Virus record (IMG/VR): IMGVR_UViG_3300009514_000515
Span: 1-64,000 of that record
Direction: 5' to 3' (one strand)
Source: a virus
Length of the DNA stretch: 64,000 nt
Shown: positions 1 through 6,323 of the stretch, piece after piece
Layout: each line of letters begins with the position of its first letter
How positions within the stretch are numbered: position 1 is the first letter of the stretch
Notes under the pieces: generated by a model
The model's database searches: none
What the model was told of the DNA's origin: nothing
What the model saw: the letters and a program-made list of their open reading frames with translations, nothing else
Translations under genes and position numbers: made by a program

Positions 1-59
1 TCTTCGAGCCAATCGAGTTGGGGTTGGGTGAACTGAACCATTTTTCGGGGATAAGGCAT
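1..59 (-). CDS. 5' part of a small protein, possibly a ribbon-helix-helix regulator (runs off the window)
   Basis: AAGGAG RBS then ATG at 59; MPYPRKMVQFTQPQLDWLEE resembles a CopG/RHH strand-helix start; inverted repeats upstream. Confidence 0.4.
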   Translation of the reverse strand, partial: MPYPRKMVQFTQPQLDWLE

Positions 60-179
60 CGTGACTCCTTTTGACACACAAAGGGATCACAAATAGGCTA
101 CCTATTGAACCGGGGTTCACCGAGGTCTTCGGTGATTTACCCAGACTTTCGAGTACTGCTCATGAACCCCTCCCTGCAC

Positions 180-914
180 TCAAGAATCTGGTTTCTTGGT
201 CTGTGAGGCTCCTTCGTTGGTGACGGTCATCCAGACCAGACGGGTCATCTGGTACGGACGAGAATACTCCTCGTCCAGGAGCCTTCCCGACTGAATGAGG
301 CTTGCCCTCTCATCCAGCTCCTCGCGGACGGCTTTCTTGTCCGGCCACATCCGGTAGTAGGTACTGACGCTGACGAACTTGTCAACAATGAACTCCTTGA
401 GGTCGTCTCGGATGGCGCCGTGATCCCAGTAGCGGGTGGCCATGTTCATGGCATAGCCGCGCATCTCCCACTCCGCCCTCCAAGGAGCCGGCAGTGGGGC
501 CAGGGCGACCAGGAACAGGAGGAAGAGCAGGAACCAGAGGCTCCAGAAAGCTCCCAGGGCACCCAGAGCACCCAGGGCCAAGACCTGGGGGAACAGGTAG
601 CTCACCGGGAACAGAACACGCTGCCGGTCCTCGTCGAAGAGGTGAACGTACTCGTGGGCCAGGATGCGGAACGCCTGGCGGGGGTTCTCCTCGACTGTCT
701 CGCGGGAGGCGAAGTAGACCACGGGGTAGAGGGTGGTCGTGAATCGGGTCATGAACTCCTTGTTGAAGACGCCCACCACTGCGGCGGCAATCTTGAGCTT
801 CCAGTCCTTCTTCCAGGTCAGGTCATCCTTGTACCCAACACGGAAGTCGGGGACGTCCTTCTTGACTTGTTTGGCGAGGGCTTCGTACAGCTCTCGTCCT
901 TTGGTGTCGCTCAT
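180..914 (-). CDS. Membrane-anchored zinc metallopeptidase-like protein
   Basis: Start MSDTKG after AGGAG; HEYVH (HExxH) motif, hydrophobic hairpin, downstream E in WEMRGY. Confidence 0.7.
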   Translation of the reverse strand: MSDTKGRELYEALAKQVKKDVPDFRVGYKDDLTWKKDWKLKIAAAVVGVFNKEFMTRFTTTLYPVVYFASRETVEENPRQAFRILAHEYVHLFDEDRQRVLFPVSYLFPQVLALGALGALGAFWSLWFLLFLLFLVALAPLPAPWRAEWEMRGYAMNMATRYWDHGAIRDDLKEFIVDKFVSVSTYYRMWPDKKAVREELDERASLIQSGRLLDEEYSRPYQMTRLVWMTVTNEGASQTKKPDS

Positions 915-987
915 CTGTGTTCTCCTCGAACAGGGAAAGGTCGAGAGTGGCGGCCTCGCCGCCACGCCACGTGAAGCGATAGAAGCT

Positions 988-1188
988 CTAGTCGAACATC
1001 TCCTTGACCTCATGGGCCTTCGCCGTCGTCTCCAAGCCCAGACCACGCTTCAGCGTGAGCCAGGGCGAGGACCCCGTGTCTGCCCTGTGGGCGGACACCA
1101 CCTTCCAGAACCGGTTCCGGAAAGTGACGGTGCGACCGACGAGGGGGTGGTCGATCTTGGCGGACTTGGACTTCCTTCGTGCAATCAT
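988..1188 (-). CDS. Small basic hypothetical protein
   Basis: GGAGGA RBS before MIARRKSK; 66-aa ORF. Confidence 0.6.
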   Translation of the reverse strand: MIARRKSKSAKIDHPLVGRTVTFRNRFWKVVSAHRADTGSSPWLTLKRGLGLETTAKAHEVKEMFD

Positions 1189-1252
1189 GGCTTCCTCCTC
1201 CCTTTCGCCAAGGGTTCCACTCAGCACGAGCTATCGACACCTCACCACCAGA

Positions 1253-1531
1253 TCACGAAAGTTCGAGTTTCCTCGCGACCCGACGCAGCTTAGCTTTCCG
1301 CGACAAGCGCTTGAACCTGTTCTCCGCCTTCGTGGCCGCTGACCGGTCCGGGTAGGGCCACGTGACCAGGAGCTTCACCGGACGTCTGGTCCTCGTGTAC
1401 CGAGCACCCTTGTTCGAGTGGTTGTGCTCCCAGACCCGACGCTCGACGTCCGTCGAGATGCCAGTGTACAGACTCCCCTTATCATCATTGCATTCGACCA
1501 CATAGAGCCACCACTTACGAGAACCACTCAT
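1253..1531 (-). CDS. GIY-YIG nuclease (YhbQ/UPF0213-like)
   Basis: WLYVVEC...SLYTGISTDVERRVWEHN...KGARYTRTRRPVKL...AENRFKRLSRKAK. Confidence 0.88.
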   Translation of the reverse strand: MSGSRKWWLYVVECNDDKGSLYTGISTDVERRVWEHNHSNKGARYTRTRRPVKLLVTWPYPDRSAATKAENRFKRLSRKAKLRRVARKLELS

Positions 1532-1838
1532 CTTCCTGCTCCCGCTGGACCTGCTCGACCAGCCGTTCAGCCCGAGTGCGCTCCCTGAAGTGGCGTCGAG
1601 GATTGCCACAGGCAGCACAGGAACAGAGCTGAGGGGTGCGGTACAGCCGACCAACGGCGACGTCCGCCGACCTGGGATCGTCATCCACCCACTCCCCGGA
1701 GTCATCGTTCCGGCGGCGGAAAGCGGCAAAGTACCACCGCCAGATTCCGAACCACTGCTCTGCCTTACGTCGCGCACGGGCCTTGGCCCGACGCTTCTGG
1801 AGGAATCGCCGCTGGCGGCGCTCCTTCTGGTCGTTCAT
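1515..1838 (-). CDS. Arg-rich small protein with CSCxxCGNPRR motif
   Basis: GGAGGT RBS before MNDQKERR; Cys cluster LCSCAACGNPRRHF. Confidence 0.7.
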   Translation of the reverse strand: MNDQKERRQRRFLQKRRAKARARRKAEQWFGIWRWYFAAFRRRNDDSGEWVDDDPRSADVAVGRLYRTPQLCSCAACGNPRRHFRERTRAERLVEQVQREQEDEWFS

Positions 1839-1842
1839 GTCG

Positions 1843-1898
1843 ACCTCCATGGGGTTTGCTCTCGGGGCCCCTGCCCCGAGTCATGAACCCATGGAGGT
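1843..1898 (-). promoter_or_regulatory. Leader hairpin occluding the SD of the 1515-1838 gene
   Basis: ACCTCCATGGG...CCCATGGAGGT outer stem plus CTCGGGGC/GCCCCGAG inner stem. Confidence 0.65.
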
Positions 1899-1910
1899 GT
1901 CGCTCTTCTC

Positions 1911-2204
1911 TCATGTCTCGTCCCCACCCTCTCCCGAGGGACTGTCCAACTCCCGGAGCTGGAGGGCGTAGTCTTCGTTCGCCTTCCGCTCCTGGATAGT
2001 CAAGCTCTCTCCACCCTTCCCGTAACGTCGCCACCACCTTCCCGTGTCATACTGAACAGGACGGCCTGAGTGCACCCAACGACCGAGGTCTACGGGATGG
2101 ATGTAGTCGCGGGTCCACATCCACCTCCCAGTGAGAAGGCGGACTATGTGGCGCTTACGCTTGAAGAAATGGTGACGACGAAACGCTTGTCCTCTCTCGT
2201 GCAT
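1911..2204 (-). CDS. Arg-rich small protein, probable paralogue of 1515-1838
   Basis: GGAGGT RBS; basic N-terminus; C-terminal WRRYGKGGESLTIQERK aligns with RRHFRERTRAER. Confidence 0.65.
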   Translation of the reverse strand: MHERGQAFRRHHFFKRKRHIVRLLTGRWMWTRDYIHPVDLGRWVHSGRPVQYDTGRWWRRYGKGGESLTIQERKANEDYALQLRELDSPSGEGGDET

Positions 2205-2208
2205 ATCG

Positions 2209-2259
2209 ACCTCCGGGGGTAGCCCCGGGGTCTCTCCCCCGAGGTAGTACCCCGCGGAA
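2209..2259 (-). promoter_or_regulatory. Second copy of the SD-occluding leader hairpin
   Basis: TTCCG-GGGGTA/TACCCC-CGGAG outer stem and CCTCGGGG/CCCCGGGG inner stem; same 3' end GGAGGTCGA(T/C)ATG. Confidence 0.6.
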
Positions 2260-2288
2260 CTCCGACATGCTGTGGAGAGACGTGCTGG

Positions 2289-3038
2289 TCATCGTTTCTT
2301 CCTCTTGCGCTTTTTGCGTGCCTTCGAGGTGCGTTCCTGGCTTGCCTTACGGGACCGGACCACACGACCAGCTCCTCTGAAGAGGGCACGCCGACTCTTG
2401 GCGTACTTGGCTAGAGCCCTCTTGCGGCTCAATTGAGCCGGGATGCGGTCGAAGAGGAGAACTCCGTCGAGATGGTCCAGTTCATGGGCAAGAAGGGAAG
2501 CGCCCCAACCCTCGACCGTCACCTCGAACTCCTCGCCCTCCAGGTTGGTCGCCTTCACCTTGAGAACATTCGGACGTTCAACGTAGGCCGTGACGCCGGG
2601 GAGGGACAAACACCCCTCTCGGGCCCTCTGGGTCCCTTCCGACGACACCACCTCGGGATTGATGAACACCTTGGGGTCCCTAGGCATCTCTCGGGGACCG
2701 AGGCGGGTAGGAACCACCTCGGGCAGCCGGACGATGAGTATCCTTCCCGAGACCCCCACCTGAGGGGCAGCGATACCCAAACCGTTGTAGGCCTTCATAG
2801 TGTCCAAGAGACCGTCACAGAACGCCCGCACCTCGTCGTTGACCTCAGGGATGGGGTGGGCCTTGGCCTTGAGATAGGCGTCGTTCTCGTCCCCGAGGAG
2901 GATGATGGGGAACACATCGGGAGCCGGGACGTGCTCGTGGTCACACTCCGAGGTGCACTCGTGGTGGCCTTCGGGTGTCGGCCCCAGTTCGAGATTCTTG
3001 TGGTCGTCGACGAGGACCTGGGTGGTGGTTTCTTCCAT
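2289..3038 (-). CDS. def: Peptide deformylase
   Basis: All three PDF motifs: GLGIAAPQVG, EGCLS, HELDH; basic C-terminal tail. Confidence 0.95.
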   Translation of the reverse strand: MEETTTQVLVDDHKNLELGPTPEGHHECTSECDHEHVPAPDVFPIILLGDENDAYLKAKAHPIPEVNDEVRAFCDGLLDTMKAYNGLGIAAPQVGVSGRILIVRLPEVVPTRLGPREMPRDPKVFINPEVVSSEGTQRAREGCLSLPGVTAYVERPNVLKVKATNLEGEEFEVTVEGWGASLLAHELDHLDGVLLFDRIPAQLSRKRALAKYAKSRRALFRGAGRVVRSRKASQERTSKARKKRKRKKR

Positions 3039-3847
3039 CAGTCGACCCCCTTGCAGCAGGCATCCTTGCAGGGGTGCTTGTCGAAGGACTGAATCTCGAC
3101 TCGCTCCGTTAGGTCCAGGCACATATTGACGCCGGCCGTGGCCGCCGCATGGGACAGGGTCTCGCAACACAGACACCTGGTCGTGACCTGGGTCCGAAGT
3201 AGGGTGGACCTCGTCACGCTGTCGTTGACATAGCCAGTCTCGACGCCGGAGGCCACGACGGGACCGCTGTTGAGATGGACGTCAGTGACGAGCCCCGGGC
3301 GGCGGAGGCAGGTAGACGTGTCCGAGCCGTAAGGGTTGATCCACCCTGCGTCTACAAACATCTCGGCCATGTCATAGGCCTCGGCTCCATCCTCCTCCAG
3401 GTGCAGCTCGACCTCGTGTTTCCCAGAGACCTGGATATTGGCCCAGGCCACCAGGTCGTCGAGCTTGCCGCTGACCGGTCGGAGGAACCCCTGGACAAAC
3501 CGGAGATCCTCGCCCATCGGGAGAGACAAGGCCGAAAGCGGGGGGAGAGCCTCTGTGCCGGCGGCGTAAGCGGCCAGACGCTCCTCCGTAAGGAGCCACC
3601 GAGCCGTAGGCGACATCTGAAGCAGCCGCTCTTCGACCTGCTCCCAGAAGAAAGAGATGTATCTCTTCTTCTCCCCACGAGATATCGGCAGCACGAGGAG
3701 CCCGTCTTCCTCCTGGGCCTTCTCCTGAATGAGCGTTTTCACCTCGGACACATGGTCCCCGAGCTGTTCGGTCAGCTCTCCGAGATTCCTCTGGGCCTCA
3801 TAGAGGCTGAGCTTGCCTTGTTCGAGCTGTACGCAGATGATGCACAT
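3038..3847 (-). CDS. Hypothetical protein with N-terminal CxxC domain
   Basis: 269-aa ORF coupled to neighbours by stop/start overlaps; N-terminus resembles 4638-4823. Confidence 0.65.
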   Translation of the reverse strand: MCIICVQLEQGKLSLYEAQRNLGELTEQLGDHVSEVKTLIQEKAQEEDGLLVLPISRGEKKRYISFFWEQVEERLLQMSPTARWLLTEERLAAYAAGTEALPPLSALSLPMGEDLRFVQGFLRPVSGKLDDLVAWANIQVSGKHEVELHLEEDGAEAYDMAEMFVDAGWINPYGSDTSTCLRRPGLVTDVHLNSGPVVASGVETGYVNDSVTRSTLLRTQVTTRCLCCETLSHAAATAGVNMCLDLTERVEIQSFDKHPCKDACCKGVD

Positions 3848-4194
3848 CAGTCTTCCCTCTCGTCTTCGATGTTGAACATGACCATCCGACCCTTGGCGTT
3901 GTTGACCGCCTCGATGATGGTCCAGGCGCGGGCCTCGTCGTAGTTCTTGCAGCGACGGACCACTTCTCCAGTGTCGGGGTCGACGACCTTGATGGGGCCT
4001 TCGCCTTCCTTGTCGTGAGAGCCGGTGAAGTCGTGAAGACCGTTCTCCTCGACCTTCCAGACACTGTCACCGCTGTCCTCTTGAGACTCCGCATCGCGTC
4101 GAACCTGCCTGAGGACCGCCTTCGTGACCACAAAGACCACCAGGAAACAGACCACCAGACAGCCGGCAATGAGAACCCAGTCGATGAGACTCAT
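3847..4194 (-). CDS. Single-pass membrane protein
   Basis: MSLIDWVLIAGCLVVCFLVVFVV hydrophobic N-terminus; ATGA overlap with the upstream gene. Confidence 0.65.
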   Translation of the reverse strand: MSLIDWVLIAGCLVVCFLVVFVVTKAVLRQVRRDAESQEDSGDSVWKVEENGLHDFTGSHDKEGEGPIKVVDPDTGEVVRRCKNYDEARAWTIIEAVNNAKGRMVMFNIEDERED

Positions 4195-4595
4195 GAGACG
4201 CCCCCCTTCGGCGTCCACACTACCGGCAAAGCCCTGGAAAGCTCAACCTTGACGTTACGACCCATATCGTCCAGGGCCTCCTGGTAACCGTCAACCATCT
4301 CCTGGAGGACGTGAGTACCCTCGGGGTCGTCCTCGGGATAGGCGAAGAGGACTAGGGAATTGTCGGGCGGGTCGATGACCGTGGCACTGACGGGGAAGTT
4401 GACGAACACAATGGAGACACCTCGGTTAGCGATGTCCTCCAACTGCTCCCACAAAGCGGCGATGCGCTCCTCAGAGACCTCCGGCGGGACCTCGATGAGC
4501 CATAGGGAGCCTTCCCCCGCTGTGAGAACCTGTGATCTTTCCAGGGCTTCGGCGAACACCTGGCGCAAGTCTGCCGTGGTGGTGTCGTCTGACAT
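4191..4595 (-). CDS. Acidic hypothetical protein
   Basis: GAGGA RBS, 134-aa ORF with phage-like codon use. Confidence 0.65.
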   Translation of the reverse strand: MSDDTTTADLRQVFAEALERSQVLTAGEGSLWLIEVPPEVSEERIAALWEQLEDIANRGVSIVFVNFPVSATVIDPPDNSLVLFAYPEDDPEGTHVLQEMVDGYQEALDDMGRNVKVELSRALPVVWTPKGGVS

Positions 4596-4637
4596 GTCGT
4601 CCTCGCGAATTCATTGTCCAAGCCCTAGAGAGGTCCC

Positions 4638-4823
4638 TCATTTCCGACGTTGCCGGTCTTGTCGAGACCTCTTGTTTGTCTGCTCCCAGAAGGGGTCCTG
4701 GAGGCGCTTATCCACCTCCCTTGCGTGCTCCTCATCCATCGTAGGACGAATCTCCGAGAAGTTTCGCTTCGCCTCCTCCTGTGTGAGCCGACCTCTCAGG
4801 TAATCTGTGCAGAGGATGCACAC
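4638..4823 (-). CDS. Small CxxC protein
   Basis: GGAG RBS and GTG start; MCILC...EAKRN similar to the N-terminus of 3038-3847. Confidence 0.6.
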   Translation of the reverse strand: MCILCTDYLRGRLTQEEAKRNFSEIRPTMDEEHAREVDKRLQDPFWEQTNKRSRQDRQRRK

Positions 4824-4937
4824 GGCTCCGTCCCGTCAATTGCTCCTTGTGAGTGAAGCGCAGGGCCGACTTGCGGCTCCCACGCCTCCGCCTACAAAGG
4901 CAACGAGTATCAGAGGATGACCGATTCCTGGTCCAGG

Positions 4938-5102
4938 TCAGCGGACGTCACGAGAAGGTCCCGGAGTACGGTGGGGGAGGCCGTGCATGTGGCCGTGCAT
5001 GTGGCCTTCGGCCAACCACCCCTTCTGACCCGTCCCCTTCTTGAGCACCTTACCCGTCCCCTTCTTGAGCACCTTACCCGTCCCCTTCTTGAGCACCTTC
5101 AT
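4938..5102 (-). pseudogene. Small gene probably disrupted by tandem duplications (MKVLKKGTG x3)
   Basis: RBS/ATG triplicated, 24-bp unit x3, 12-bp unit x2; composition deteriorates after GQKGW. Confidence 0.4.
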
Positions 5103-5223
5103 GGCCGCCTCACATGGCCGCCTCACATGGCCGCCTCACTTGGCCTTCTTCGCCTTCGGCTTCTGGCTGGTCGGGGTCTTGGGGTTGGTCGGCTTCTGGC
5201 TGGTCGGGGTCTTGGGGTTGGTC
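4979..5223. repeat. Cluster of short tandem duplications: 12 bp x2 (4979-5002), 24 bp x3 (5028-5099), 13 bp x3 (5100-5138), 33 bp x2 (5158-5223)
   Basis: Read directly: ggccgtgcatgt; acccgtccccttcttgagcacctt; catggccgcctca; ggcttctggctggtcggggtcttggggttggtc. Confidence 0.92.
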
Positions 5224-5705
5224 GTCTTGGCCGGTCCGGTCTTGGGGTTGGTCGCCGGTCCGCTCATGCCGAGCCGCTCCCCGAGGTCCTTGTAGATAGC
5301 CAGAAGCTCACTGCGAACACCCACCAACCACTCTTGGAGGACCTCCCCCAGAGCAGGACCCTTACCCAGAACACCCCCAGAGGGGCTCTTGAGCGTCCAC
5401 GACGTGACTACGCCCGTAGGGGCGGACTCAGGGTGGTAGTGGCTGTCGAACGACAGCACAGCGGACGACTGGAGCCCCTTGAAGGAAACCTTGAAGGCCA
5501 TACTGACTCCGACTCCTCCAGGGACCACGGAAGACGGTTGGAAAGCGATGCCGAAACACTGCTGAGAGCAGCCATAGCCCCCAAGCACCTTCTGAACGTT
5601 TTCACGGGCATCTACCAAAGGGTCGAACTCCAGTCCATCGAGACAGATGGAGAACTCCTGGTCTTCGCTGAGATCACCGAGAACATTACCGAGGTCGAAC
5701 ATCAT
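5136..5705 (-). CDS. Hypothetical protein with Pro/Lys/Thr repeat tail
   Basis: AGGAG RBS; C-terminal PTNPKTPTSQK repeats. Confidence 0.6.
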   Translation of the reverse strand: MMFDLGNVLGDLSEDQEFSICLDGLEFDPLVDARENVQKVLGGYGCSQQCFGIAFQPSSVVPGGVGVSMAFKVSFKGLQSSAVLSFDSHYHPESAPTGVVTSWTLKSPSGGVLGKGPALGEVLQEWLVGVRSELLAIYKDLGERLGMSGPATNPKTGPAKTTNPKTPTSQKPTNPKTPTSQKPKAKKAK

Positions 5706-5998
5706 CAGTCTCCTTGAGCGAATCCGTGTGTCTTTGGTTTTAGGAGCCCGACGAGATCAAACGCGTCTTCGATCCGCACATCGTTCGGGTGTGTGCCGTA
5801 GACGTAGCACCCAGCTTTCCAGCCATCTGGGAAGCGTCGAGAGGTCATCTCTCCGATGTCGATGTCAGCACTATGAAGGGAGTTCGAGATCTCATCTTGC
5901 AGCGCGCTGAATGCAGCGCTATCAGCCTCGTCATCGTTGCGCGCGAGGATTACGACGTCGACCGTGACGCTGGCGGTGTAGAGCTTCCATTCACTCAT
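5705..5998 (-). CDS. Hypothetical protein
   Basis: MSEWKLYTASVTV...; stop overlaps the next start. Confidence 0.6.
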   Translation of the reverse strand: MSEWKLYTASVTVDVVILARNDDEADSAAFSALQDEISNSLHSADIDIGEMTSRRFPDGWKAGCYVYGTHPNDVRIEDAFDLVGLLKPKTHGFAQGD

Positions 5999-6162
5999 GG
6001 CTTTCAGTCCAGGTTTCTGTGTGGTCGCGACCATAGACGGAGGTCTGATTCCTCGACGTCTACCAAACATACCGCAAGACAGCTCCTTCATCGTATCCAC
6101 GATATCGACTTCATCGAGCGAGTCGCCTCAACTCGGGTGTGCATGACGTTCTCCGGCTTCTA

Positions 6163-6235
6163 TGGGCCCTCCGGGATTCGAACCCGGGCACGTCGTCTTA
6201 TGAGGACGGTGCTCTAACCACTGAGCTAAGGACCC
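6163..6235 (-). tRNA. tRNA with CAU anticodon, most likely tRNA-Ile2 (lysidine type); CCA not encoded
   Basis: GGGTCCT TA GCTC AGTGGTTA GAGC A CCGTC CTCATAA GACGA CGTGC CCGGG TTCGAAT CCCGG AGGGCCC A folds as a cloverleaf; acceptor and D arm resemble bacterial ileX; no initiator GGG/CCC anticodon stem. Confidence 0.88.
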
Positions 6236-6292
6236 CCAGGAAAGACGGACAGGTGACCTGGACACTACCGCCGTTGGTTGTCGACACCCCTC

Positions 6293-6322
6293 TATACGAC
6301 ACCAGGGACGGAACTGGACCCA
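6293..6322 (-). promoter_or_regulatory. Repeated phage promoter-like motif, copy 1 (upstream of the tRNA)
   Basis: TGGGTCCAGTTCCGTCCCTGGTGTCGTATA; near-identical to 53911-53940. Confidence 0.65.
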
Positions 6323-6323
6323 G

